From NCBI GenBank assembly GCA_965206645.1, contig CBDBKE010000004.1, positions 2,048,001-2,112,000 on the forward strand: a DNA stretch of 64,000 nucleotides, in the 5' to 3' direction. A program made the position numbers and the translations under genes. Shown here in pieces: positions 49,520-60,653 of the stretch (the first letter of the stretch is position 1; every line of letters begins with the position of its first letter). This stretch comes from Terriglobia bacterium (lineage in GTDB: Bacteria > Acidobacteriota > Terriglobia > JAJPHL01 > JAPKYU01). The notes beneath the pieces were generated by a model. It did not search any database, was not told where the DNA came from, and saw only the letters and a program-made list of their open reading frames with translations.

Positions 49520-49890
49520 CCTGTCGCGACTGTTGCGGTTCAGCAACGTGTCCCCAGTTTTGTAGAGGACGCCCACGCCGCCGCCACCCAGCTTCTCCAG
49601 AATGGGGTAGTGGCCGACCGTGTGGCCGATCATGGGAAGAACCCCCGTCTTGGCAGCAATCCTACGCCCCACCCGCAGGCAAGTCAACGTGCCAACCTCG
49701 ACCCGAACAGTCCCGCTGGTGATCACCCAGGACGGCGTCCCCAGCAACACCTTCACCCTCACCGTGCAATAGCGGCAGGGCCTACGAGATATGCAAGGTT
49801 GCATAAGTCTGACCCTCCCTCTAGGCAGAGTCGCCGATTAAGGGACGGCGGGAAGTTCATGCGCCGCAGCAGTTCCTGGAAGCGGGGGTC
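49520..49890 (-). pseudogene. Ser/Thr protein kinase remnants
   Basis: DPRFQELLRRMNFP (C-terminus) and MIGHTVGHYPILEKLGGGGVGVLYK (N-terminus). Confidence 0.7.
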
Positions 49891-49985
49891 GGAGGCCAGA
49901 CGACAGATCACTTTTGTCCGGTGGGGACGAGGCGCTTCAGCTTCACGAACCAGTTGAGCCCGATGTTGATTTGCAAAGCTAGTAG

Positions 49986-51353
49986 CTACTTCGCAACTCG
50001 CAATAACAATAGTCGCCGTAGAAAGACCAGGTATGATACTACGGCGGTGAAGGCTAGGGCTGGCAGCACAAACCCACTCACCCCACCCAACATCGCCACG
50101 AACAGGCGGCCATCGCGATTGGGCAGAAGATAACGAGACCATGCGTCGTCGGCTTGACTGGTAAAGGAGCAACCGAAGGCGATTCGGTAGCGATCTTTGA
50201 ACGCCATCGACAGAGGGACACCCAACAGGGCAGCCGCAGTCACTAAGAGCGGGGCCCAGCCGGGCGAGAGCGTGTAACTGTAGTAGCCCATCGCCAACAC
50301 GATGAGCCCATCAGCGTAGCGGTCAAGCAAAGAATCCAAAAGGGTGCCAAAGGCCGACGTTCTTAGTTTCAGCCGAGCCAGTTCGCCGTCCACGCCGTCC
50401 ACAATCGACGCCAGTTGCACGGTCAGTCCGGCCCATAGCGGTTCTCGGACTGCAAACAGTACAGCTCCCGCCAGCGCCATGAGGAAAGAAGCAATGGTTA
50501 CCTGATTTGGCGTGACCGCAGTTCGTGAGAACCAAGCGGTGATGGGGCGCGAGAATTTCCGGTTAATGTGGCGAGCGACCAGGCCGTCGCCGGGGCTGGC
50601 CAGAGACGTAAGAAGTCTCTTCTTGGCATTCTGGTAGTCGGCCGGGGTGTCGATGTCCTGCCAGGACCCTTCCCTGAGGGGGACGTTGGCTAAGCCGTGC
50701 TGCTCGGCGAGACAGCGGCAGCCGCCTGTAAGAGAATTGTCTCCCGCAGCAAAAGACGTTTCCAGAGCCGAAAAGATGGCTGGGGTGAAGACAAACAGGC
50801 CACAGTCGACACCGTGGTCTCTTTCCAGCCCCTTGCCGATGGCGCAAACTTCACCGTCATCCGAAACGCGGACGTAGGTGGCGTCTTCCTTATCCACTTC
50901 GACGTTAGGGGAGAAATCCACCAGCATATGTGCGTGACCATTGTCGGGGACCCGGAGCAAGAAATCACGCAGCGTGTTCACCTCAAACAGATGGTCAGCC
51001 ATCAACACAAGGAAGCGGGCTTCATCGCTCACTGCCGCCTGGGCCCGCATCAAGGAGACCCCATTGCCCAACCTCCAGTCGGGAGTTGGCAGGCAGCGGA
51101 CATTGAGGCCGTCGCAATCCAGCTGCCCCACCGCCTCTTCAATCGCATCGCCCTGGCAGCCCACCACCAAGAGGACATCCAAGATGCCCACTTCCTTCAA
51201 GGCACGCAGGTTGCGGGCGAGCAGGGTGAGTCCCAACAGGTTCACCAGGCACTTCGGCTTTCCGTTCGTCACCTGGCGCAAGCGGTGTCCACCACCGGCG
51301 CCCAGCATCACAGCGGTGCGGATGCTAGTGCCCTGCTTTTCGGCTAGTTTCAT
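49986..51353 (-). CDS. Bifunctional NTP-transferase / CDP-alcohol phosphotransferase (IPCT/DIPPS-like)
   Basis: LGAGGGHRL..PKCL, MADH, WQDIDT; DGVDGELAR..FGTLLDSLLD. Confidence 0.88.
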   Translation of the reverse strand: MKLAEKQGTSIRTAVMLGAGGGHRLRQVTNGKPKCLVNLLGLTLLARNLRALKEVGILDVLLVVGCQGDAIEEAVGQLDCDGLNVRCLPTPDWRLGNGVSLMRAQAAVSDEARFLVLMADHLFEVNTLRDFLLRVPDNGHAHMLVDFSPNVEVDKEDATYVRVSDDGEVCAIGKGLERDHGVDCGLFVFTPAIFSALETSFAAGDNSLTGGCRCLAEQHGLANVPLREGSWQDIDTPADYQNAKKRLLTSLASPGDGLVARHINRKFSRPITAWFSRTAVTPNQVTIASFLMALAGAVLFAVREPLWAGLTVQLASIVDGVDGELARLKLRTSAFGTLLDSLLDRYADGLIVLAMGYYSYTLSPGWAPLLVTAAALLGVPLSMAFKDRYRIAFGCSFTSQADDAWSRYLLPNRDGRLFVAMLGGVSGFVLPALAFTAVVSYLVFLRRLLLLRVAK

Positions 51354-52054
51354 ACACAAAGATGAACCGCCCCGGCCGTAATTCAGCAAGTCGAGGTTGA
51401 AAGACAACACTGAACATCTTGATTCGCGTGTGTCATGGGGACTATAGGGGATGAGGGTGAGGGAGTGGGTCGAGAGGGGGCTATGGTGCGACTCTCTTCT
51501 CTCCGCAACAGATCGCGTCCTCCGACAGCAACGCCGACCCACCAATGGAGAGGAATTTCCAGGGGCTGCTCGGAATTCAAGTGGCGCGAACAACTGCGCC
51601 AACCTCGGTGGGAGGCGCGCGGCCCATCCTGGCCGCGGAGCAATTTTGTCATCAACTCAGGCGCTAACTCTACTTTCCGTATAGGGATGGCTGCAACGGG
51701 CGCAGCCCAACAGGCCGAACTTTACCTTACCTTGGCGAAACAGCGAGCAAGAATACCATCGCCTCGCGGCCGGTGTAAAGGAAAAGGTGAGTTAGCGGTT
51801 GATATCTCTGTGCACCACCTTGGTGCTGAGGCTGGCTTCCGACAGGCGCTTACGGATGGTTTCTGCCAGTGTCACCGAGCGGTGCTGCCCGGCGTGCCCC
51901 CGAGCGTAGCTTGCGGAACATGGCGGGAAGCTGCCCCAAGGCTCCTCGCTCCCGGATGTCCATCACTAGGGCCGCTTAGTCAAGAGGATGGAGTTCGGCC
52001 TAGGATAAATTCAGGTGGATTTATAGGGAAGTGGGTGTCGTACCGACTTGTCGG

Positions 52055-53299
52055 CTATCGAAGCTGCTCCATCAAATCGCAGGCCTGTTCAAGGGATCTG
52101 CTGTCGGCGACGTCGCCGACTCGCCGTATGCAGTTCTCCTTCACTGCCGGCGACCTGAGCAGGCGGTCCAAATATTTGAGAACTGTAGCCGTCTTGTAAT
52201 CCCTCGGTAGAAGAAAATCTCCGACCCCAAGATGCCGGATGCGAACAGCGTTGTCCGGCTGGTCGTGAGCTGAGGGAACGACGATCTGCGGGACGCCCGC
52301 GGCGAGTGCTTGCGCGGTTGTCCCAATGCCGCCGTGATGCACAAAGGCGGCCGCTCGCGGCAATACCGTACTGAACGGTATGTAGTTGAAGTGACGAACC
52401 CCGTTGGGGAGTCGTGCGGGGAGTTGCTCAGGATACTGGGTCAGAAACAAACCTCGCCGCCCACTGGCGCGGCAGACTTCCGCCGAAATCCGGAAGAACT
52501 CTCTGCCCTGGACCATAGCCGAGCCCGCAGTGAAGACGACTGGTGCATCGCCGGCATCGAGGAACTCTTCCGCCTCGGGAGTACGTTGCCGCAGGTCTCC
52601 TTCGTCCCAGAGTGGAAAGCCAGTGAGACGAACATTGGGGGGCCAGTCGGGAGGGGGCGTCGCGAACCATTCCGGGAAAAGTCCGATGATGAGCTGGGGC
52701 GAGTGAAACCAGCGATCGAACAGCCGGCGAACTGGGGGCAGCCCGAGTTCGGCGCGAAACGCGTTTGTATCCGGTGCCAGCAGACGGTCAATGAGAAACC
52801 GGTCCACCGCTCGTAGGTAAGCACTCCTCAGCGGGCGCGGCAAGTGACCGATGATGTCCGGAAAGCCAAAGCAACCAGGCTCGAGTGTGCTGCGCAGCAT
52901 GATCGGTTGCAGGTGCACGGTTGCCAGCGGCACGCCGAGCTTCTCTTGTGCAATGCGGGCGCCGAGCGCTGTGCCCGGGGCGGCAACGACGGTTTGGCCG
53001 GGCTCATTAAGCCTGGCAATGAGATCGTAGATTCGGGGCACCGAAGGCAGGATCAAGCGTCGAGCCAACACAAAAAAGGACCGGAGAGGATGCCACATGT
53101 CCGGATCGCGAATGGCCTCATAGTACTCGTCGTCGGTGCCGAGTCCGGCGAACTCCAGACCGGCGCGCTGCGCCAATGAATGGAAGATCGAGGCAGCGAC
53201 AAGGAGGACCTGGTGGCCACGCCGGCGTAGGGCCAGGGCAAGGCCCACGTTGGGGTGAACGTCACCGGCGCTGCCGAGGCCGATTACGATGACTTTCAT
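52055..53299 (-). CDS. GT1 (RhlB-like) glycosyltransferase
   Basis: GSAGDVHP, HHGGIGT, AHDQPDNA. Confidence 0.93.
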   Translation of the reverse strand: MKVIVIGLGSAGDVHPNVGLALALRRRGHQVLLVAASIFHSLAQRAGLEFAGLGTDDEYYEAIRDPDMWHPLRSFFVLARRLILPSVPRIYDLIARLNEPGQTVVAAPGTALGARIAQEKLGVPLATVHLQPIMLRSTLEPGCFGFPDIIGHLPRPLRSAYLRAVDRFLIDRLLAPDTNAFRAELGLPPVRRLFDRWFHSPQLIIGLFPEWFATPPPDWPPNVRLTGFPLWDEGDLRQRTPEAEEFLDAGDAPVVFTAGSAMVQGREFFRISAEVCRASGRRGLFLTQYPEQLPARLPNGVRHFNYIPFSTVLPRAAAFVHHGGIGTTAQALAAGVPQIVVPSAHDQPDNAVRIRHLGVGDFLLPRDYKTATVLKYLDRLLRSPAVKENCIRRVGDVADSRSLEQACDLMEQLR

Positions 53300-53537
53300 T
53301 GTCCTGTGGACAGTCTAACAGCACGGCAGCTTGGGGGACTGATGCCCTCCACCGGCGGCTAGCGCTCCGGCTGGCAAATTTTCGCTGCTCCGCCAGTTTC
53401 TGGTAATCCGACTATACGCCCATGTGAAACCGGGATTGGTAAACACTAGCCCGTTAGTAAGGACCTATCCGGCATCGCTGGACATGCAACCCCTCCGGTT
53501 GTAGTCTTGGGCAATCGTTTCCGAGGGGGAACAGCCA

Positions 53538-53830
53538 TGCGCAGGCCCTTGATTCGTCAAATAGGACCGGGAATGGCGCTGCTAGCGCTCGGGCTGCTCG
53601 CTAGCGACGTGGTGGAGGTGGGTTCCGGCCCTGTCCTTGCCGACAAGCCATACTCCGTAGCGAAAGCTCCAGAGGCCGACAAGCTGCAGGTGGTGGAGAG
53701 TTTCGGAAAACTGCCTCTTTATTTCATTGAGAACCAGGAGCAGCTCGCCCCTCGCGTCGCCTACTACATCCATGGTGGCGACAAGAGCAATCTACTTCAC
53801 TGGCCGCGGTGTCACATTCGCGCCAACGGC
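53538..53830 (+). pseudogene. N-terminal remnant of an SBBP-repeat-type surface protein
   Basis: Signal peptide; FGKLPLYFIENQ; frameshift follows. Confidence 0.55.
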
Positions 53831-54089
53831 CTTGCTGTGGGAGAGGGGTTGGCCGCCAAGGCCAAGAAACAATCGGGGCGCGATTAGAAGTACCCCGGAT
53901 GCAGGGACGCTCAAGCTTACGGCTGGAAGTTCAGGCGGCGCAGCAAGGTCTTGGAAGCGGGCGTCGGAACGCAGTTGGTTCCAGAGTCAGCTCATCCTTC
54001 TTTCCGGCTTGCTTCCCGCGGCCCAGGCGGGTGTTCTTAACGTGGACTCGCAGATTCACTTCCAGCCGACCCTCGGGTTGAACTTGAGG

Positions 54090-54410
54090 TTAAAGGTGTA
54101 GGCGCGTCTCCACCATCACGTTGTACCTCACGGAAATGTTCACCCTGTAGGTGCTCTTGACCACCCGTACTTGGTCCGGTTTGACGGGCAGACCCAGGTC
54201 CTTGGCCCTCCTCAGGACCTCTTCTCGAATATTTCCCTCGGTTCTACTCTGAGCATAGCTGGCAAAGCGGGCCACCGTGTTGATGTCGTCCTGGAACTGG
54301 TAGTTGTTTACTAGGGGAGGGCCAAGCTTGATTCCCAGGTAGACGAGGACCCCAAACAGCGCGACCGCAAGCAGGGCCTTGAAGCTGATCATTCCAGATT
54401 GCCTGCTCAT
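54090..54410 (-). CDS. Pilin-like/DUF4845-like membrane protein
   Basis: RQSGMISFKALL TM helix followed by a soluble domain. Confidence 0.6.
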   Translation of the reverse strand: MSRQSGMISFKALLAVALFGVLVYLGIKLGPPLVNNYQFQDDINTVARFASYAQSRTEGNIREEVLRRAKDLGLPVKPDQVRVVKSTYRVNISVRYNVMVETRLHL

Positions 54411-54567
54411 AGATTGACCCCTCGGTCGTGCACTTATGAACGCCGGAGCAATAATAGACCAGGGAGCGCCGCGTAAGCGGCGATTTCTGGCGGTGCAAAA
54501 TTAGACCAGCGCAGTTCGATTCCATCAAACATTGTGATTCTGATGTGTTTTGTGAAACACCGGAGGT

Positions 54568-56067
54568 GTGCACACAGTGGAACTCTATGCGCGTGTTCGA
54601 CGAGCAGTTCAGGCTGAGGGGATCAGTGAACGGGAGGCGGCGCGGCAGTTCGGGCTAGCCCGCGAGACGGTCCGCAAGATGCTGCGGTACTCGATCCCTC
54701 CGGGCTATCGGCGGCAGCAGCCGGCGCGGCGGCCGAAGCTGGATGCCTGGGTGGGGATCATCGACCAGATCCTGGAGCAAGATAAGGCCCAGAGCAAGAA
54801 GCAACGCCACACGGCCAAGCGGGTTTTTGAGCGGCTGCGGGAGGAGCACGGATTCCCGGGCGGCTACACCATCGTGAAGGACTACGTGCGGCTGCGGAAG
54901 CTGAGCCAGCGGGAGATGTTCGTGCCGCTGGAGCATCCACCGGGGGAGGCCCAGGCCGACTTTGGCGAAGCGCAAGTGGTGATCGGCGGGGTGGAGCGCA
55001 AGGCGCACTATTTCGTGATGGAGCTGCCGCAATCGGACGACTGCTTCGTGATGGCGTTTCCGGCTGAGACGACCGAAGCGTTCTTAGAAGGGCACAACCA
55101 GGCGTTCGGCTACTTCGGCGGAGTGCCTCGCACGATCCTGTACGACAACACCAAGCTGGCGGTGAGGCAGATCCTGGGTGACGGAACACGGAACAAGACG
55201 CGGGCGTTCTCCGAACTGCAGAGTCACTACCTGTTTGCGGAGAAGTTCGGACGACCGGGCAAGGGCAATGACAAAGGGAAAGTGGAAGGACTAGTGGGTT
55301 ACGTGCGGCGGAACTTCCTGGTGCCGGTGCCGCGGTGTGCCAGCTGGGAGGAGTTGCACGCGAAGCTGCGGGAACAGTGCACCCGGCGGCGAGAGCGGCG
55401 TCTGCGAGGACATCAAGAGACGATCGGCGAGCGGTTCGCGAAGGATCAACAGAGGCTGCTGCCCCTGCCGGCGACGCCCTATGAGGCCTGCGACAAACGG
55501 ACCACACGGGTGACGTCACTGTCGCTGGTGCGGTATCGATCCAACGACTATTCGGTGCCGGTGGCTTGGGGGCACCGGGAGGTGCTGGTGAAGGGATTCG
55601 TCGAGGAAGTGGTGATCTGTGCAGCGAGCGAAGTGATCGCACGCCATGTCCGGAGCTAGGAACGGGAAGAGATGATCTTCGATCCGTTGCACTATCTGGC
55701 GCTGCTGGAGCAGAAGCCGAACGCGTTGAACCAGGCCGCCCCCCTGGCCGGCTGGGAGTTGCCGGAAGGCTTCGCGCAACTGCGGCGGCTGATGGAGGCG
55801 CGGTTAGGCAAGAAGGGCAAGCGGGAGTATGTGCAGGTCCTGCGACGGCTGGAGACGTTCCGTTGGACGGAAGTGTCGCTGGCCGTCGAGGACGCCTTGC
55901 GGCTGGGGGCGATCTGGTCTGACGCGGTCAAGCATCTGCTGCTGGGCCGGATCGAGCAGCGGCCGGCGCGGCTGGACCTGGAGCACTATCCGCACCTGCC
56001 GGCGACGCAGGTGGCCACCACAGCCGCCGCCGACTATCTGACCCTGCTCCGGGAAGGAGTCTGCTGA
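54568..56067 (+). pseudogene. istA: IstA transposase with premature TAG (55657-55659)
   Basis: QADFG, YDNTK, KGKVE; frame continues after the stop. Confidence 0.88.
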
Positions 56068-56831
56068 TGGACACGCCCCAGGTGTTGCTGGAACACCATC
56101 TGAAGGCCCTGCAATTACCCACCTTTTTGCGTGAGTACGACAAGGTGGCGCAGCAGTGCGCTGCCGAGGGCGTGGACTTCCCGCGCTACCTGCTGCGGTT
56201 GACGGAGCTGGAGCTGCTGGACCGGGAACGGCGCGCCACCGAGCGGCGCATTCACCAAGCCAGGTTCGACGTGGTGAAGAGCCTCGACAGTTTCGATTTC
56301 CTGGCCCTTCCGTCGCTGAATAAGGCCTTGGTGCTCGAGCTGGCCCGAGGCGAGTTCATCGAACGCAAGGAGAACATCCTGGCTTTAGGGAACTCGGGCA
56401 CGGGAAAAACCCACATTGCGTTGGCGCTGGGACTGGCCGCCTGTCAGAAAGGGTTCCGGGTCCGGTTCACTACGGCGGCCTCCCTGGCGCATGAGCTGAT
56501 CGAGGCCAAGGACGAGCGGCGCCTGATGCGGTTCCAGAAGATGCTCTCCAGTTTCGAGCTGTTGATCATTGACGAGCTGGGTTTCGTGCCGCTATCCAAG
56601 ACTGGGGCGGAGTTGCTGTTTGAGGTCTTCAGCCGGCGCTACGAACGCAGCGCCACCGTGGTGACCAGCAACCTGCCGTTCAACGAATGGACGGAGGCCT
56701 TCGGATCGGAGCGGCTGACCGGAGCCCTGCTGGATCGTCTCACCCACCATGTCCACATCCTGGAGATGAACGGGGAAAGTTGCCGGCTCAAGGACAGCAA
56801 ACGAAGGCGTTCCGGAAAGCCTCGCGCCTGA
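56067..56831 (+). CDS. istB: IstB ATPase
   Basis: GNSGTGKTH, IIDELG, ALLDRLTHH. Confidence 0.96.
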   Translation: MDTPQVLLEHHLKALQLPTFLREYDKVAQQCAAEGVDFPRYLLRLTELELLDRERRATERRIHQARFDVVKSLDSFDFLALPSLNKALVLELARGEFIERKENILALGNSGTGKTHIALALGLAACQKGFRVRFTTAASLAHELIEAKDERRLMRFQKMLSSFELLIIDELGFVPLSKTGAELLFEVFSRRYERSATVVTSNLPFNEWTEAFGSERLTGALLDRLTHHVHILEMNGESCRLKDSKRRRSGKPRA

Positions 56832-57071
56832 TCTCACCCAATACTGGGCGACGAGTTGCGAGGGCGGCTTCCACTCCGGCCTAACCGCGCCGCCCTGCGG
56901 GCGTCGCAGGCCTCCGCTCCAACCGCCCCCGCAACTCCCTCTCAAATCAAAGCTTCCACCACCCCTGAACTGGTCTACTTTCTCTCCGCCGGAGTGGTCT
57001 AGTTTTACTCCGCCCTTGACACGCGTACCGATTCCAGACCGCGGCCAGCCCCAATTGCCTCAAGAAGACGC

Positions 57072-58133
57072 CTAGGTTGGGAACATAGGCCCCCGAACGA
57101 AACGCGTTCTGATAAGGATTGCAGCGACGGCAGCAGGGGTGTCATGGACGTGGCGCCAATGGTGGGCTTGGGTCACGTAAGCAATTTCGTCGCTGAGGAT
57201 GAAAGCCAGTTGAGCCTCGTTCTTGAGCGCGGCTAGGAGCCCCGTGTTGACCAATATTGTTCCATCCGGAAACGCTGACGCATTGATGTCTGCCTTCTCG
57301 ATTACGTAGAACCGAAATTCAATTCCGCTGTTGGAAGGTAGGCGGATAACGCTGGGCGGAATCAATTCTTCGCCTAGGCGCGCGATGTAGTTCTGCACTT
57401 CTTTTACCGGGAAAAGCTTGAGTCTTCCCAAAACCTTTTTCTTTTTTCGGAACTCTAGAATATCAATATCTGTCTGCAGGTCTCTGGCGCGAACCACCTT
57501 CACACCGCCCATTTCGTAGGCTTCGGCGGGAGACCGCTCTCCAAACTCCACGTTTTTGGCCGTCACGAGTCCGTCCTCGCGCCGCACCCCACGATAACGT
57601 ACAAATCGGCCGGCCAAGTCTGGTCTTGTGTGATCCGTTCCAACTGCGCCGGGTTGGATTTTGTCGTCCTGCGACAAGACAACCCTGGTGTTCTCGTCGA
57701 GCAACAGCACCTCTCCATTGACTGCGACTTGGGATGGCGCACCGTTCGCCACCTTCTGCAGCTTTCCAGGGTTGTCTTCCAGGAAGTATCCGCTTCCTTT
57801 GATCTCTGCTCTAAACTGGTCCCACCGGCAGGCTGCCTTCCGGGCCTTTAACCTGTGCCTCCCCGCCCAGATTCCATCCACCTGGACCAGCATTCCCACT
57901 GTCAACTCACTCGGTCCGAACTTCCGTCCCGGCGGCGCTCCCAGCATTTTGAACTTAGTCGAGCGATCGTAGGCGATGACGTCCTCCAAGATTTCGAATG
58001 TTCCTTTCTGGCTCACGGCGGTGATATATCCCTGGAACTTCCCCCGCACTTTCACCGCAGGCGAGGACAGGCTGGGTGTCGCGGGCTTCGGCGTCTTGAT
58101 GGTGGCTTCGGCTATCCTGGGGATCGTCAACAA
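57072..58133 (-). pseudogene. M48 peptidase-like protein, truncated and degenerate
   Basis: INASAFPDGTILVNTGLL..NEAQLAFILSDEIAY (HExxH lost). Confidence 0.7.
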
Positions 58134-58151
58134 AATTTGATTCTTGGCCCA

Positions 58152-58473
58152 CTACTTCAGTTCGTAGACCGGTTCCATGAGGGCCCGCAATTCGCCTGGC
58201 TTGGCCTCCGGGACCACTTCCTGGAACGTGCGCATCAGTTGATCCCACTGCGCGCATTTAGGGTTCTCGAGATACTTGTCGAAGTCGCGCGCCAGGTCGA
58301 AGTCGCCCCGCGCTCCATGTACATGAACATTCGTCGGCCGAGCAGGAAGATCTTTATCCCCGTGATACCCACCCGGCGGATGCTCCACTCCACCTCCGGC
58401 CATACCTGCCGGTGGTGCTCCTTGTAAGCAGCGATGCCTTTGGGATCATCAGGGTCAGGCCAAAATATTTCAC
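58152..58473 (-). pseudogene. L-rhamnose/L-fucose mutarotase, frameshifted
   Basis: YKEHHRQVWPEV; C-terminal CAQWDQLM in another frame. Confidence 0.78.
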
Positions 58474-58503
58474 CGTTGTCCTCCTCGAGGAGCTTCGCTT
58501 CTT

Positions 58504-59343
58504 CTATGCAAGCTGGTAGAAGCGGCGGGCATTACCACCCCAAATCTTGGCCGCCTCCGCCTCACCCAGCGGCCCCAGGGCGTGCCGCAGCGCGTCCACA
58601 ACCTGCTGATAAGATCCGGCCAGCGTGCACACCGGCCAATCACTCCCGAAAAGCAGGCGATCAGTGCCGAACTGCTTGACCACATGCTCCACGTAAGGCT
58701 TAAGGTCGTCGGGAGTCCAGGTTTGCCAGTTGGCTTCCGTAATCATGCCTGAAAGTTTGCACCACAGCTGGGGCAGGCGCGCCACAGTTTCCAAGTCGCG
58801 GTCCCACCCGTCCATCTTCGCTTGCGCAATAGGCGGCTTGGCAATGTGGTCCACCACCAACTTCAAACCCGGGCAGCGGTCTCGGAGCCTGGGAATATAG
58901 TTCAGGTGCCTGGGCTGCACCAGAAGATCATAGGGGATGCCGCGGCGTTCGAGCTCCCCCAGTCCCGCGAGCACAACTTCGCGGACCACCCAGGCGTCGT
59001 CGGGTTCGTCCTCAATGATGTGCCGCACACCTTTGAACTTGGGGTGGCGCTGGAACTCATCCAGATCTCTTCCCAGGTTGGGGCTGGTCAGGTCCACCCA
59101 TACCACCGCTCCGGCGATGAAATCGTTAGCCCCCGCCATCTCCAGAAACCAGCGCGACTCCTCCAGCGAGTGCTGCGCCTGCACCAGGATGGTGCGGTCC
59201 ACTCCCGCCTGAGCCAGGAGCGGCTTCAGGTCTCGAGGAAGAAAATTGCGGCGCAGGGGATCGACCTGAGGCGTCATCCAGGGATACTGGAAGCGACCGA
59301 CGTCCCAGAAGTGTTGATGGGCATCTACGACCAGCTCGCTCAC
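58504..59343 (-). CDS. Amidohydrolase (L-fuconolactonase-like)
   Basis: DAHQHFW, VDHIAKP, KLSG, FGSDWP. Confidence 0.92.
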   Translation of the reverse strand: MSELVVDAHQHFWDVGRFQYPWMTPQVDPLRRNFLPRDLKPLLAQAGVDRTILVQAQHSLEESRWFLEMAGANDFIAGAVVWVDLTSPNLGRDLDEFQRHPKFKGVRHIIEDEPDDAWVVREVVLAGLGELERRGIPYDLLVQPRHLNYIPRLRDRCPGLKLVVDHIAKPPIAQAKMDGWDRDLETVARLPQLWCKLSGMITEANWQTWTPDDLKPYVEHVVKQFGTDRLLFGSDWPVCTLAGSYQQVVDALRHALGPLGEAEAAKIWGGNARRFYQLA

Positions 59344-59363
59344 GCTGCCACCTCTTCAGCTTC

Positions 59364-60365
59364 TCAGTGGGATTTCTCCCCCGGCAGCGGCGCTTCGGGG
59401 GGAAGGTGCTTTTTCGAGCGCAGTTCGGCCCAGAACTCGGGCGGGATGGGATGACTCATCAAACGGAAGTTTTCTTCCACTTCCGCCACCGCCCGGGCTC
59501 CGGGGATGACCGTGGCCACGGCGGGATGCGCCAAGGGAAACTGCAAGGCCGTCGCCCGCAACGGCACCGCATAGCGGGCGCAGATGCCCTCGATCTGCCG
59601 CACTTTCTCAAGCAGCTCAGGCGGCGCCTCCGCGTAGTTGAACTTGGCCCCGGGCTGAGCTCCGGTGGCCAGAATGCCGCTGTTGTAAGGCCCGCCGATG
59701 CTGATGCTGATGCCCTTCTTCAGGCAGAGCGGCAGCAGCTCCTCGTGGCTCGTGTGGTCAATCAGGGTGTAACGGCCAGGCAGCAGAAAACAGTCAAAGT
59801 TGGCTTCGCGGGCAAAACGCGCTGGCATCTCCCTTTGGTTCATGCCCGCTCCCACGGCGCCAATCACGCCCTGGCTGCGCAGCCTATCGAGGGCACGGTA
59901 GGCGCCTTGGAGAGCCTCGTCGTAAGCATCATCAGGGTCATGGATGTGCAGCACGTCAACGCGGTCCAGATTCAACCGCTTCAAACTCTCTTCGAACGAC
60001 CGCATCACGCCGTCATAGCTGAAATCAAAGACAGGTATGAAGGGAGGAAGGTTTTCAAACCAGATGCTTTCCACCTTGCTGGGATCTTCCGACTCCAGCA
60101 CCCTTCCCACCTTGGTGGCTAGCACGTAGGAGTGCCGCGGGCAGCCAGCCAGCGCTCGGCCCAGGCGCAACTCGCTCTTTCCATGACCATAGAGCGGCGC
60201 CGTGTCGATGAAGTTGATGCCCAGCTCAAGAGCGCGCCGTACCGTGGTCGTGGCCGTCTCTTCCGCAATGTCCTTGTAAAGCCCGCCCAGCGGGGCTCCT
60301 CCCAGGCCCAGGCGTGTCACCTGCACTTTGGTCTTTCCGAGTTGAACTTTTCCCAGTGGGTTCAT
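59364..60365 (-). CDS. Aldo/keto reductase (L-fucose dehydrogenase-like)
   Basis: DTAPLYGHG, TKVGR, FDFSYDG, HDPD. Confidence 0.92.
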   Translation of the reverse strand: MNPLGKVQLGKTKVQVTRLGLGGAPLGGLYKDIAEETATTTVRRALELGINFIDTAPLYGHGKSELRLGRALAGCPRHSYVLATKVGRVLESEDPSKVESIWFENLPPFIPVFDFSYDGVMRSFEESLKRLNLDRVDVLHIHDPDDAYDEALQGAYRALDRLRSQGVIGAVGAGMNQREMPARFAREANFDCFLLPGRYTLIDHTSHEELLPLCLKKGISISIGGPYNSGILATGAQPGAKFNYAEAPPELLEKVRQIEGICARYAVPLRATALQFPLAHPAVATVIPGARAVAEVEENFRLMSHPIPPEFWAELRSKKHLPPEAPLPGEKSH

Positions 60366-60653
60366 GACGTCCTCCCCCGTGCCAATGAGTCCGATACGCT
60401 TACATTGAAAGGACGCGCCAATTTCGGTAGTGCGCTAAGAGTGCGTTGCCCTAGAGTCAGATAGTAACCTCTTGTCAACGCGGGCGCTAAGGAGTTTCGA
60501 CTCCGTCCATGCGGGTGGGCGTTGAACACTTAGGGGAAGAGTCTGGCCGGTCATGCGAATCCCCCTCTTGCTCGGCCATCCTACTCTTGGCTTCCATGAC
60601 CGAGGGTGGGCACTGCGTAGTTTGATGATACAATCGCGAGGAAGAAGGCCTGA

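Larger units (their letters stand above)
54472..57021 (+). mobile_element. IS21-family element
   Basis: istA-istB with AAAATTAGACCA / TGGTCTAGTTTT terminal repeats. Confidence 0.93.

Noticed and set aside
55657-55659. In-frame TAG in istA as recoding
   Set aside because: Most simply a Tyr codon nonsense mutation; no supporting signal.
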